In this document: positions 24,456 to 34,931 of the stretch, piece by piece
Numbering within the stretch: position 1 is the stretch's first letter
Layout: each line of letters opens with the position of its first letter
Source of the DNA: a virus
Length of the DNA: 64,000 bases
Virus record (IMG/VR): IMGVR_UViG_3300031578_000017
Reading direction: 5' to 3' (one strand)
Position numbers and translations under genes: made by a program
The notes under the pieces: model-generated
What the model was told of the DNA's origin: nothing
What the model saw: the letters and a program-made list of their open reading frames with translations, nothing else
Database searches by the model: none

Positions 24456-24959
24456 CTAAGCAGGAGTGGGCGTTCCAGGAACTTCTACTGCCTTGATTGC
24501 AGCCTTATCTTTGTTGCGTTTCGTCACAATGTCTCTAATCTTGGCAAATGCAATTTCCATGCCCCACTTGCCAAGAACTTTAACACCACCTGAACTCGCA
24601 ACCTGCTTCGCTTTAGCCCATGCCAATTCACGAAGCTGTTTCTTCTCTTCTGCTGTAAGTGAACCATCTGCAGATTTCTCTTTGAAAGATCTACCAAGCT
24701 CATTCCATGCAGCTTCAACACCAGCCTCAAGAGCAAGGATGGCGTCCTTAGTAGCCTGATCTAATGTAGATTTGGAAATAATCCAATTGACAAACCAAGC
24801 GAATACAGCAGTCAAGGTGGCGACAATAACTTCCATCAAATGGGAGAGTATTGTCAAAAAAGTAGAACCCTTTTCTTCAACCTTTACAACAGTGTCTTCC
24901 CCGAAAGCTACGAAGCATCCGAGTAGAAGAACCGGAACCAACCAAACAAACTTTCTCAT
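24456..24959 (-). CDS. membrane protein, holin LL-H-like candidate
   Basis: signal peptide, TM helix, then ALEAGVEAAW...EEKKQLRELAW; GGAG RBS before ATG 24959. Confidence 0.5.
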   Translation of the reverse strand: MRKFVWLVPVLLLGCFVAFGEDTVVKVEEKGSTFLTILSHLMEVIVATLTAVFAWFVNWIISKSTLDQATKDAILALEAGVEAAWNELGRSFKEKSADGSLTAEEKKQLRELAWAKAKQVASSGGVKVLGKWGMEIAFAKIRDIVTKRNKDKAAIKAVEVPGTPTPA

Positions 24960-24994
24960 TTTACTCTCCTTTTCAATGGACCTACTTCGTAAAC

Positions 24995-27253
24995 TTACAC
25001 AGAGCATCTATCACCATCACAAAACTTTTCACCTTGTGCTTGGTATTTTGATAATTTACTCCAATCAAATGGTGTTACTATCTTTTTCCAATTTTGATAT
25101 TCATCTTCTGTCATTTCTTCTTCTGGCATTTGCTTATAAACACCTTTAGAAGTATGGGGCAACATAGATATAGATTTTGTTAATGGAGCTATTGAAGACA
25201 GCACAGATTCTATTTCATCTTCTTCATTCTTTGTATTAAATTCATACAACTTAACTATGATTCTCTTATCATCAATATCTGATATCATCTTGTAAGAACA
25301 ATCGTGATCGAATGTTTCCCATATACCATAAAAACTATCAGGTTCTGCAACACCAAATTCTGTAACCATTTCTTCTAATAGATCCATAATATCTTTAATA
25401 TCTGGATTCTTTATACATGTTTCTTTTAGTAGAATCCACTTAGGTTTGAAACAAATTGTATTTGAAACTGCATTGTCAGCCCATTCACGCTGAACTAAAA
25501 CTATATTCATAGCCTGTTCCCAAATAGAAACATCTTTAGCTTCTTTTGGGCAATCGCTTTTTATTGCAAATTCAAATACTTCTGTGTTATCAGAATATAA
25601 ATCTTTTTCATGTGGGACATTATGCGCAACCAAGAATTTATGTATAGGAGAATTCATTTGTATTCTTACACGACGTTTCATTATTTTAAAGTTGGGATAA
25701 CCAATACCACTAGATTTTCCTGTAAGTTTAGGAACTGTTCCTCCAGGCTTCACTGTTGTCTTACGTATACTTTCGCGAATACCAGCTTCTATAGCTAATT
25801 CTTTATTTGTTTTTTCTACTATTTTATATCCTTCACGCATCCATCTTGTTGTTTTACAAACTCCATATGCATGTTTCCAACCAACAAAATCCATTAACGC
25901 AACACCAATCCTTCTATTTTTAAACATTATAGAATTTGTTTCTTGTCTATGCGTTGGAAGCAAGTTGACTGTAGAACAATAAAATGTTGCGTAGCGACAA
26001 GCATCATACCACTCTTCTACGTTTCTACATCTTGTTGGTATTGATTCTGCAAGATTACAAAGTTCATAACTTTCTAGCGGAATTTCGCCACATGGATTTA
26101 ACCCTTCTGCTTCATCGATTTGCACCCTATCATCTTTTCCTACTCTACCACAATTTCTGACATTCATTAAATTCAAATATCCAGGTTCTCCTCGTTTTAA
26201 TATAGACTTAGCCACATCATCTAATTTTTCAAAATCTTCTGCAGATTCAAGCCTTACTGTATTGTTGGACATCCATCCATGTTCTTTTCTATAATCAAAT
26301 TTTTCATCTTCATAATTCTTTAAATTTAAGAAATCTGTATCATCAATTGAACCTATAGCTATTTCAGCAGATCTTCTGACATTTCCAGCTACAACACAAC
26401 ATCCAATAAGGTTAGCCAAATCTGCTTTCAACATTGTGGAAGAATAATTATGACTGTTTGAACATAAATATCTAGAACAATATTTTCTTATATTTTCATG
26501 AAGCTTTATCAAAGGTTCTGGTCCAGAAGATATACCGCCGAATCTTTTAATTGGTAATCCAACTTTTCTTATTAATGAATAGTCAAATTTAACTGTTGGA
26601 TGTCCTGGCATTGTATAACTTTCAAGCAATATTTTTACAGAATCACACCAACCTTCTCTCGAATCATCGATAATAACTCTTATGTTTGTATCAGTAGGCG
26701 TCACACATGTTATTCTTGAATTTTTTGTGATTCCAAATCCGACACCTACTCCATTCATTAATGCATCCATCATCCAATGTAGGTTATTGGGAATATCGTT
26801 CAATGTTACAAACCCACAATTGAATAATGACATGCTGCCAGTATTATAAACATAATCAGTACCCATTGACCAAAGTCCACGTCCAGGTGGGAGCCAATGC
26901 ATATTAAACATACTAAATGAAAGATGTTTAGCAAAACCTTGCCATTTGATTTCATCCCAAAAGATATTATTCTTTATATACCAATCTTTACGAATAGACA
27001 TTACACCATTCACTACACGAATAACACAGTCTGCCCAATTTTCATTTGAATTGTCATCTTTTATTCTACTGTATGTTCTATAAAAAAGAAATTCACCAAA
27101 TCCATCATAACCAAAATTAGGTTTCAATGCTCTTAATAAATCAACAGTTTTCTTTTCTAATTCAAATCTTTCTTTAACGAAACAAGTTTTTTGTGGAGGA
27201 TTTGTCTTGAATAAATGATCACCTACATCTTCACATTTTTCAAAATGAAACAT
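24995..27253 (-). CDS. nrdJ: class II (B12-dependent) monomeric ribonucleoside-triphosphate reductase
   Basis: RTYSR, PPGRGLW, LFNC, GGISSGP, GNVRRSAEI, NPCGEI..LCNL, TTVKPGGT. Confidence 0.9.
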   Translation of the reverse strand: MFHFEKCEDVGDHLFKTNPPQKTCFVKERFELEKKTVDLLRALKPNFGYDGFGEFLFYRTYSRIKDDNSNENWADCVIRVVNGVMSIRKDWYIKNNIFWDEIKWQGFAKHLSFSMFNMHWLPPGRGLWSMGTDYVYNTGSMSLFNCGFVTLNDIPNNLHWMMDALMNGVGVGFGITKNSRITCVTPTDTNIRVIIDDSREGWCDSVKILLESYTMPGHPTVKFDYSLIRKVGLPIKRFGGISSGPEPLIKLHENIRKYCSRYLCSNSHNYSSTMLKADLANLIGCCVVAGNVRRSAEIAIGSIDDTDFLNLKNYEDEKFDYRKEHGWMSNNTVRLESAEDFEKLDDVAKSILKRGEPGYLNLMNVRNCGRVGKDDRVQIDEAEGLNPCGEIPLESYELCNLAESIPTRCRNVEEWYDACRYATFYCSTVNLLPTHRQETNSIMFKNRRIGVALMDFVGWKHAYGVCKTTRWMREGYKIVEKTNKELAIEAGIRESIRKTTVKPGGTVPKLTGKSSGIGYPNFKIMKRRVRIQMNSPIHKFLVAHNVPHEKDLYSDNTEVFEFAIKSDCPKEAKDVSIWEQAMNIVLVQREWADNAVSNTICFKPKWILLKETCIKNPDIKDIMDLLEEMVTEFGVAEPDSFYGIWETFDHDCSYKMISDIDDKRIIVKLYEFNTKNEEDEIESVLSSIAPLTKSISMLPHTSKGVYKQMPEEEMTEDEYQNWKKIVTPFDWSKLSKYQAQGEKFCDGDRCSV

Positions 27254-27300
27254 TGGTTTCCTCCAGACGCAACCCATTGTACATCAGACATTTATATTAA

Positions 27301-28365
27301 CTACGTCTTACATTCGTCTATACATTTATCAATTAATTCTCTGCCAGTATCTTTTTCTTTGAAAATATTTTTATGAACCCAATAATCACACGCGACTTTT
27401 AAATCTGTAAAAGATATCAGTTTCATTATATCTTTCCAAGTATCTTTTGAAATATCTCTCATCATATACCATTCAAGTAAATAGTATATCTGTTGTAGAT
27501 CTTTAAATTCAGTATAATATCTATTTTTATTATCACACAATACATCGCAACAATTTTCTATAGCAGATAGATAAATACCTAATTCTACTCCTTGTCTAGC
27601 AAACTCGAATGTTGGAAGATTAGGTAAATCTATATAATTTTTCAATAAATTTTTAGATTTTTCAATTCCTTCGAATCCATTAAAGTTTTCATAAACATGC
27701 ATTGAATCCGACATATGAAAATATTTACCAACATTTATGTTCAAACAATTCGCTATAATTTCTTGAATGACTGTAAATTCATATACATTAATCGCACTCA
27801 TACCAAAAATTAGATCATTTGAGCGAATCACAACACAACAATCCAATACATTATTTCTAACCATAAAATGTATCCAATTAGAACAACAATAATCACGAGT
27901 ATTATCAATCGTACATTCTTTAGCAGGATCCCAAATAGATATAACGGCTTGTCTAGAATTGAAATCTTTAAGTAATTGCTTTACCACAAATTTGATTTGA
28001 TCTACTTCTATAATTTCATTTTTATCATTAAATCCTTTCCAATTTCTAAGACGTGGGCCATATCCGGCACGCCAATCTAACCCATTATCACTGAAATCTT
28101 TAGCTCTAGGAAGAAATTTAGATAAAAAATCCATATCATTTCTTCCAGCTAACACCCATAAAGTCTCAGCCAAAGTCGCAAATGGATTATTTCCTCTTTT
28201 CGGGAAAAGCAATGTTCTTTTTCGGGGATTATTGATTTGGATAAAACAAGGATGAAGTTCTAATGTTTTTTTCTCTCTTACAATTATTTCACTTCCTTCT
28301 GTTAATAATTTTTTAAGAATCAGTTTGATACTTTCCTGTAAATTTTCCGCAATTATTGTAAACAT
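27301..28365 (-). CDS. thymidylate-synthase-fold pyrimidine hydroxymethylase (dUMP type)
   Basis: YGPRL, DQI, SRQAVISIWDP, catalytic C (YCCSN), RSNDLIFGMSAIN, SMHVYE. Confidence 0.8.
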   Translation of the reverse strand: MFTIIAENLQESIKLILKKLLTEGSEIIVREKKTLELHPCFIQINNPRKRTLLFPKRGNNPFATLAETLWVLAGRNDMDFLSKFLPRAKDFSDNGLDWRAGYGPRLRNWKGFNDKNEIIEVDQIKFVVKQLLKDFNSRQAVISIWDPAKECTIDNTRDYCCSNWIHFMVRNNVLDCCVVIRSNDLIFGMSAINVYEFTVIQEIIANCLNINVGKYFHMSDSMHVYENFNGFEGIEKSKNLLKNYIDLPNLPTFEFARQGVELGIYLSAIENCCDVLCDNKNRYYTEFKDLQQIYYLLEWYMMRDISKDTWKDIMKLISFTDLKVACDYWVHKNIFKEKDTGRELIDKCIDECKT

Positions 28366-28377
28366 TTTATTCCTTTC

Positions 28378-28869
28378 TTATCTCTGATTGTAATTAACAA
28401 TTCTACAAACTTGAACTCTACTAATTCCATATATTCTCATTAATTCACATTGTTTATAAATTTTATTTTCAAATAAATCTCTAATTTCAGAAACAAATTT
28501 GTTAGAAATTTTACACATAGGATTCAATTCATTACTTAACCTACTACATCTTCCCTTGTTTTTCTTATCTTGCATATTATCTAACGATGTTCCAATAAAT
28601 AAATGTTCTGGATTAAAACATTTAGGATTATCACACTTATGACAAACTAACGATTTGGAATCTAAATCGAATCCCAACCAAAGATGAGCGGCAAAACGAT
28701 GGATTCTTAAAACTTTTCCATCAAAATAATATGCTCCATAACCAGAAGAAAAACATACTCCAGTCCAATACCAACAATCTTGAAATTTACCATCAGGAGA
28801 AGGTTTAATAATTCTATTATCAAAAATCTTATAAAGATCCTGTAGTGATTCAGCCACTATGGTTTGCAT
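28378..28869 (-). CDS. HNH homing endonuclease (HNH_3 type)
   Basis: CWYWTG...GYG...IHR...VCHKCDNPKCFNPEHLFIGT..DNM.DK..KGR plus C-terminal HTH. Confidence 0.9.
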   Translation of the reverse strand: MQTIVAESLQDLYKIFDNRIIKPSPDGKFQDCWYWTGVCFSSGYGAYYFDGKVLRIHRFAAHLWLGFDLDSKSLVCHKCDNPKCFNPEHLFIGTSLDNMQDKKNKGRCSRLSNELNPMCKISNKFVSEIRDLFENKIYKQCELMRIYGISRVQVCRIVNYNQR

Positions 28870-30122
28870 TTGTCCTCCCTCACGCATTTGAACCTTGGGA
28901 ATCTTAATGACCCATCTGGGGTCACTGAATCGTACTCAATCTCAATCACCTTGCCTACATATAACTTTTGTGCCTCTTCTAAAGATACACGCTCATCATC
29001 TTTCAAACCACTCCCAACATTAATTGTTACTCCTTCACGTTCTACAATAAATGCTCCCAACTTGCCAGCATACTTACCTCTTCCTTCTTGAATTTCTGTC
29101 ACCTTTAGATCTATTGTGTCTGAAGGTTTCATCTTGATCCAGCTAACGCTACGTTTAAATTCATATTCACCTTCTAGATCTTTTATAATTATTCCTTCAA
29201 AACCTTCACCAACACAGCTATCATAATATGCCATCAATTGTTCTTCATTATAACACTTTACTCCGACAACTATGAATACACGCTTAGATTCTAATTCTGT
29301 TATTGTACATAATTCATCAAGATAGCTAGTTCTGTTTGTCTGTGTTAATGTTGTAGCTTGTCTTACAAAGTGATGCATTGGCATCCAATCAAACACATTA
29401 AAATTCAAACCTTTTGGTTCTACATCAAATTTCCTACGACACTGTTGCATAATTCCACGGAAATCATCACCTCTTGGACCAATAACTTCTCCATCAAACA
29501 TCTTAGGTTCTTTGTGTGCTAACTGTAGAAGTTCTTTATCAAAACAACTAAAATTCATAAACTGTTTTCCATTACGTGAATAATATGTGACACTATTTTC
29601 TTGTGGTTCTACTAGAGCCACTACTCGTACTCCATCATACTTCGCTTGTACAAGACAAGGATATTTTACACGTTTCAAAAACTTCGATGGTTGGGCAAGT
29701 TGAATTTCAAATTCAGGAATAAGTTTGGGGAAAACTTTGTTTACAATTCCCTCAGCTACTCCACATTTTAAATCTTTCTTGAGAATCTTATAAAATACTT
29801 CTTGTTCACTTTCTATCATAGCACTTGACAACAATCTAATTCTATTTCTAGCTGCATCACCCGTCACTTCACGTTTCATCAACGCATCGAGCAAATCAAA
29901 CATAGCTTCATATCTTTGTTGTTCAGTAGTACATACTTTTCCAAAATCTAATGGTTCTACAAACTCAAACTGTTTTATCCCAAAGACTTTAAATGGATCA
30001 AGAGTATAATTTAGAATTTTCTTCAGTTCTTCCGTACCGTTAGCCGCAAGTATGGCTTGCTTGGCAATGGTAGAGGTAATCTCTGAACATTGCCTTAGTG
30101 TCTCTGACGGTTGTAGTGGCAT
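28857..30122 (-). CDS. ATP-dependent DNA ligase
   Basis: KYDGVR, FDGE, FNVFD, EGIIIK, WIKMK, LRFPRF. Confidence 0.95.
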   Translation of the reverse strand: MPLQPSETLRQCSEITSTIAKQAILAANGTEELKKILNYTLDPFKVFGIKQFEFVEPLDFGKVCTTEQQRYEAMFDLLDALMKREVTGDAARNRIRLLSSAMIESEQEVFYKILKKDLKCGVAEGIVNKVFPKLIPEFEIQLAQPSKFLKRVKYPCLVQAKYDGVRVVALVEPQENSVTYYSRNGKQFMNFSCFDKELLQLAHKEPKMFDGEVIGPRGDDFRGIMQQCRRKFDVEPKGLNFNVFDWMPMHHFVRQATTLTQTNRTSYLDELCTITELESKRVFIVVGVKCYNEEQLMAYYDSCVGEGFEGIIIKDLEGEYEFKRSVSWIKMKPSDTIDLKVTEIQEGRGKYAGKLGAFIVEREGVTINVGSGLKDDERVSLEEAQKLYVGKVIEIEYDSVTPDGSLRFPRFKCVREDKCKP

Positions 30123-30186
30123 GGTTGCCCCCTTATGCACCTAACCTATTAACCAGTCTATTTAGCTTCTATGCTAATCTTTTGAT

Positions 30187-30846
30187 TTAAAAAGGTTTAT
30201 AGTTTGAATCAGTATTACTTCCAGCCCAATTCTTTAAACAATCTTCTATTGCTTGTGTTGATAATTCAAAATGTGAAAATAAATTCTTATAATGTTCTAT
30301 ATTTCCAAATTCACAAATATGATATTTTATTTTTCTAATTTTCAGAAATTCAATTGATTCATCACAATTTTCTTCCCATATTTTACCCAATTCTAAAAAT
30401 TTATCTGAAGAATTATATATCCTGTCGTCATACTTTTTCAACCACATTGGTCTATTTTTTCTATCTACATATATTTGTGCATGACTATAAATACTCGCAC
30501 TCTTTACCCAAGATTCTACTGGACGTTTACAAATTATAATTTCTGAAAACAAAATTAATTCTTTTCTAAGAAAACAAAGTTGAGGTTGTTTGTACATAAC
30601 TTCTGTATCGTCAGTTTTATCTTCTTTCCAAATTTCAGGAAGAGCTTGAAATAGATTTATCAACAAATAACCTTCAATTCCTCTATGGTAAGCATAAGAA
30701 ATTGCTTCTGCTTCATTAGTAGACCATGAACTATTAAAATTTGTATTATGACAATATATCTTTGGTTTCATATCTTTTCCATATTTGTTAAACATATTGA
30801 GCAGATATTTTGTTCCACTTCTAGGCATTCCACAAATTAATTTCAT
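30187..30846 (-). CDS. sulfotransferase-like P-loop protein
   Basis: ICGMPRSGTKYL (5'-PSB-like), KQP, RPVESWVKS (3'-PB-like). Confidence 0.6.
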   Translation of the reverse strand: MKLICGMPRSGTKYLLNMFNKYGKDMKPKIYCHNTNFNSSWSTNEAEAISYAYHRGIEGYLLINLFQALPEIWKEDKTDDTEVMYKQPQLCFLRKELILFSEIIICKRPVESWVKSASIYSHAQIYVDRKNRPMWLKKYDDRIYNSSDKFLELGKIWEENCDESIEFLKIRKIKYHICEFGNIEHYKNLFSHFELSTQAIEDCLKNWAGSNTDSNYKPF

Positions 30847-31508
30847 CGTTTTATCCCTACATAATTCAATCCCCACCCAAATGTTAGATGTTCTCCATTT
30901 TTATTAGAAGGAGGTGAATAAAATACTGTTATTTTTTCTAATTTATCAAACAAAGATACTAATCCTTCATGAGTAGATCTCCAATAATCACCTCCCATAT
31001 TTTGTCCTTCTCCACATGTAGGATGGTAAGGCCAACAGGCTGGAATACAACAAAACAATATTCCATCTTTAACCAATATTCTCTGTATCTCTTCTGCAGC
31101 TTTCCAAAATTTTGGTATATGTTCTAATACAGAAAAACAAGAAATAAAATCAAAACTTTCATTTGGAATTATTTTTGCATCACAAATGTCTACTCTATAA
31201 TCTATATCAACACGAGGATCGTATAAATCTAATACCTTAGAATTATAAAAAAATCTACCATTCCATCTATAACCAATTTCTAAATTTCTTTTATTTTTAA
31301 ATTTTTCTTTAAGATAAGACATTAGAAAATTGTGTTTCTTCCAATCTGTATCAAAATTAGGATGCCAATGTAACACAAAATTATCTTGCATATTTTGCGA
31401 TACATCTTCAGGAGCACCAATTTTTATTTCATCTACTAACATAACCACCTCGTTCTTTATATGTCTCTGTGATTTCAAATTCAGAATCTGTACTAAATCG
31501 TGACACAT
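30843..31508 (-). CDS. class I SAM methyltransferase (type 11)
   Basis: LEIG, SFDFISCFSVLEHI, EIQRILVKDGIL, YHP..DYWR; start uncertain. Confidence 0.8.
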   Translation of the reverse strand: MCHDLVQILNLKSQRHIKNEVVMLVDEIKIGAPEDVSQNMQDNFVLHWHPNFDTDWKKHNFLMSYLKEKFKNKRNLEIGYRWNGRFFYNSKVLDLYDPRVDIDYRVDICDAKIIPNESFDFISCFSVLEHIPKFWKAAEEIQRILVKDGILFCCIPACWPYHPTCGEGQNMGGDYWRSTHEGLVSLFDKLEKITVFYSPPSNKNGEHLTFGWGLNYVGIKR

Positions 31509-32199
31509 TAATTTTCATTGCATCTTTTGGATCTTTGAATATAGCAATAAACATTTGATATCTACAAGGATGTGGAGCTATTGTATCGTATGTCCATACA
31601 ATATTAGGATATGGACTTACCCAACTCATTATGTCTTTTACATTGAAGACCCATAACTGTTTCGCAAAATTTTCTATATTTGGAAACTGTGTAAGTTTTT
31701 CATGATCTATGTCTGTACAAAAGAATAAACATTTTCTTGCTTTTGCAAGTGCCGCTTCTACACATTGACGTGGATCTTTAACATATTCTAACACATTCAT
31801 AATGCTAACATAATCATATTCTCCACAATCTGGAACTATTTTTCCATCTTCAAATCCGCCTATAATTGCCTTGAGTTTATTGCCATACAATCCTCTATAC
31901 ATTCTATAATCTTCACTATAATCTTCTAATGGTTTGCCATATAGTAAAGGATTTACTGATTCGTTTTTATTTGTCCAATCTGGATGTACATCTAATCCAA
32001 ATGCTTCTCCACCACTCTGTTCAAATCTATGCATGAAAACTCCATTACAACATCCAATATCAAGATAAGTTAAACCTTTTGTATTCATTGGTACAATTCT
32101 GTTCCAACATGCATCGTTCCAAAATTGTACTTGTCTCACAAAAGGATCATCATTTTTAAATAATCTCTTACCATTCGTATCGTAACCACACTGAAACAT
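31429..32199 (-). CDS. class I SAM methyltransferase
   Basis: YLDIGCCNG, FGLD, YDYVSIMNVLEYV. Confidence 0.75.
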   Translation of the reverse strand: MFQCGYDTNGKRLFKNDDPFVRQVQFWNDACWNRIVPMNTKGLTYLDIGCCNGVFMHRFEQSGGEAFGLDVHPDWTNKNESVNPLLYGKPLEDYSEDYRMYRGLYGNKLKAIIGGFEDGKIVPDCGEYDYVSIMNVLEYVKDPRQCVEAALAKARKCLFFCTDIDHEKLTQFPNIENFAKQLWVFNVKDIMSWVSPYPNIVWTYDTIAPHPCRYQMFIAIFKDPKDAMKINVSRFSTDSEFEITETYKERGGYVSR

Positions 32200-32208
32200 T
32201 TTTATCTC

Positions 32209-32547
32209 CTAGTTCTCTTTTTCTGCCTTAATTGCAGATTCATCGGTTTTCCAATTTAAATCACCATTATCTTTTTTATATAGATGGTTCCATTCATGTC
32301 TTAGTAATTCCTTATTTCTTTCTAAACCTTGATCTAATATAACAATTCTTCTTTCCTCAACAGGATCTTCACACCAAGCTGATGCATCAGCTCTAACAAC
32401 CCAAACTAATGTTTTCTTTTTTAAAGGATATTTCTTCATCAATTTTTCTATCTCTGGTAATAACTCTCTAGTATTGGATGGATTTACTGTTTCTTCACAG
32501 TATCCAAATAAAGAAATAAAACATAAGAATAATATTATCTTTTTCAT
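32209..32547 (-). CDS. exported zincin-like protein
   Basis: signal peptide; LRHEWNH (HExxH) plus distal E. Confidence 0.55.
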   Translation of the reverse strand: MKKIILFLCFISLFGYCEETVNPSNTRELLPEIEKLMKKYPLKKKTLVWVVRADASAWCEDPVEERRIVILDQGLERNKELLRHEWNHLYKKDNGDLNWKTDESAIKAEKEN

Positions 32548-34931
32548 TTTATCAACACCATGCGAATCTCACCTGGAGAATATTCTCTGCCATTAAACGG
32601 TTGACAATATCTAAATCCAATCTTTCTGCTTATATTTACTAACGTCTTTGAATCTAAACAAAGGTTATGAAAATTCGCAGCATAAGTCTGTCCACTAAAT
32701 AATTTCAAATTTGCCCACATACTTGGACTTAAATCTCCATAATATTTCCTTATATTTGTTTCGTCGTCTGGATGTTCTTTTGAAATTTTATTATTTCTAT
32801 ACATGTTTGCAATATATTCAAGATTAGGAGTGCGAATAAATAATTTTCCATTGGTACAAAGTAAACGATACCAATCTTCTAAAACTGGAATCAATTTTAA
32901 CCAACCCAAATGTTCTATAACATGATTGGCTAATATTTCTGAAACTTTTTGATCGCCTATAGGAATCTTTTTACTAATATCCCAATTTATTTCTAAATGA
33001 GGTAGTTGCCCACGTTCATCTATACTTTGTATATCTACATGTATGTATCCTTTATTTGGATCAAACCCAGAACCAAATTCCAAACGATAAGGTGGAAAAA
33101 TTGGTACATTAAATTCTCTTTCACAATATACAGGCATTTCGTTTATAAATTTATCTTTCCATTTTTCTTTCAAAAGGTAAACATTGTTTTGATCAAATTC
33201 TTTTTCTAATCCATACGTTATTCCTTCATAATGAATAAATTCTATACGATTATCGTAAATAACTGCTTTGTTTTTTTCAAAACACATACGCAAACAAAAA
33301 TCTGTATCTTCAGCAGATTGATTAAATCTTTCATCAAAACCGTTTAAATCTATCCAATCTTTTTTACGCACAGCTATGAATGCACCTGTGACACAATCAT
33401 AATTTCTTCTTTCACAAGCATACTTATAATTTCTTGGAAGATGTTTATAGATATGCCTAAAATGTTTACCATCACAAACACATCCAGCATGTTGAATTGT
33501 CATGTTTGGATACAATAACTTAGCTCCCACTATACCAACTTTTTCATCTTCCAGATTTTCCCATACATACTTTAACCAATCTTTAGTTAATAATTCTGTA
33601 TCGTTATTTAATAGAATTATTGTCTCACCTTTTGCTTCTTTTACTGCTCTATTACAATTCTTTGTAAATCCTACTTTCTCTTCATAATATTTTACATTGC
33701 ATAGCTTGTCAAATATTTTTAATCTATTTCTTGTATCTTCTTTAGAAGAATCATCTGCTATTATTATTTCAGCACAACTCATCCACTCGCTTTGCATCAA
33801 AATTGACATTATGCATCTATAAGTATACTCGTATTTATTGTACGACGGGACTATAATTGAAAAATTTGGTCTAATGTTTCCATAAAATTCTTTGATCTTT
33901 GTATGTATAAGTTTGCTATCTAAATTTTTCATATCATCAATACATTCTTGTATATTTTTAGGTTCAAATTCAGATGGTATAGGATTCAAATGGTGGATGC
34001 CTGAGGTATGTCCATCATGTTGTGTAGCTAAAGGTATCCACCTTTGAGGCAATCTCTTGTTTGGATCTGTGATACCAAATATAGAAAACACTGGCTTATT
34101 CAAAGCGACACCTAAATGCATAATTCCAGAATCTATACAGATTAATCCTTCAGAATGTTGGATAATTGCAGCTATTATACGAATATTATTATGCTTCAAC
34201 ATTGGTATATTCAATTGTGAAAACTTTTGTTCACCTCTTCCAACCTCTATAATATTATAATCTTTAAACATTTTTTCTGCCATTATTTTCTTTATAAGAT
34301 CTTCCCAATTGTGCCATCTTCTTGTCAACCAATCACATTCTGTATGAATGACAAAAAATTTTTTATGATTTATTTTATTCAATATCATGCTTGCTTCTTT
34401 TAATTCTTGTTCTGTTAAATAAAGTTCCGGTTTATAATCATCTACATCTATTCCAATTCTTTCAGCATAAGCCTTTACTACGTGTACACTTGGATTAAAT
34501 TCATAAGATAAAAAATATGTTCTATCAAATTTAGAATAATCTTCTTTTATGGGAATAATATTGTCAACGTTTGGATTATTTTGTAACATCTGTGGATGAT
34601 CTGTAGATACAGTTATATGAATGTCCTTATATATTTCTTTTATCTTTTTAATGATAGGCGTTACAAGTAACACATCTCCTCTTGCACCATATCTAACTAG
34701 ACATATTTTTATATTTGAATCTTTTTTCTCTTCATAAAGTTTTGGAATATCTTTAATAAAATCTTCTATTTTAAATCTACAAAATGATTTCTTTAAATCA
34801 AGCAAATGTTTTTCTAAACAGATATTGAATTTTTCACCCATAATATTTTTCCCTACAAATAAAACATGGGCTGACGTTCTGTCAACCCATGCTTTTGAAT
34901 AATCAAAATTATTACGCTGAATGTGCAACAA
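32544..34931 (-). CDS. tri-domain glycan enzyme: GT9 (heptosyltransferase-like) + GT2 + SAM methyltransferase
   Basis: RYGARGDVLLVTP and IDSGIMHLGVAL..P..SIFG (GT9); IIVPSYN, DDSS, LLNNDT, VTGAF, EDTDFCLR (GT2); LEFGSG, NHVIEHL, WYRLL (MTase). Confidence 0.85.
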   Translation of the reverse strand: MLHIQRNNFDYSKAWVDRTSAHVLFVGKNIMGEKFNICLEKHLLDLKKSFCRFKIEDFIKDIPKLYEEKKDSNIKICLVRYGARGDVLLVTPIIKKIKEIYKDIHITVSTDHPQMLQNNPNVDNIIPIKEDYSKFDRTYFLSYEFNPSVHVVKAYAERIGIDVDDYKPELYLTEQELKEASMILNKINHKKFFVIHTECDWLTRRWHNWEDLIKKIMAEKMFKDYNIIEVGRGEQKFSQLNIPMLKHNNIRIIAAIIQHSEGLICIDSGIMHLGVALNKPVFSIFGITDPNKRLPQRWIPLATQHDGHTSGIHHLNPIPSEFEPKNIQECIDDMKNLDSKLIHTKIKEFYGNIRPNFSIIVPSYNKYEYTYRCIMSILMQSEWMSCAEIIIADDSSKEDTRNRLKIFDKLCNVKYYEEKVGFTKNCNRAVKEAKGETIILLNNDTELLTKDWLKYVWENLEDEKVGIVGAKLLYPNMTIQHAGCVCDGKHFRHIYKHLPRNYKYACERRNYDCVTGAFIAVRKKDWIDLNGFDERFNQSAEDTDFCLRMCFEKNKAVIYDNRIEFIHYEGITYGLEKEFDQNNVYLLKEKWKDKFINEMPVYCEREFNVPIFPPYRLEFGSGFDPNKGYIHVDIQSIDERGQLPHLEINWDISKKIPIGDQKVSEILANHVIEHLGWLKLIPVLEDWYRLLCTNGKLFIRTPNLEYIANMYRNNKISKEHPDDETNIRKYYGDLSPSMWANLKLFSGQTYAANFHNLCLDSKTLVNISRKIGFRYCQPFNGREYSPGEIRMVLIK

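Noticed and set aside
27301-28365. Calling this gene plain thyA
   Set aside because: Motif spacing (G-x4-N), RQAVISIWDP context, length and the accompanying AGT-like gene favour a hydroxymethylase, though ThyA activity is not excluded
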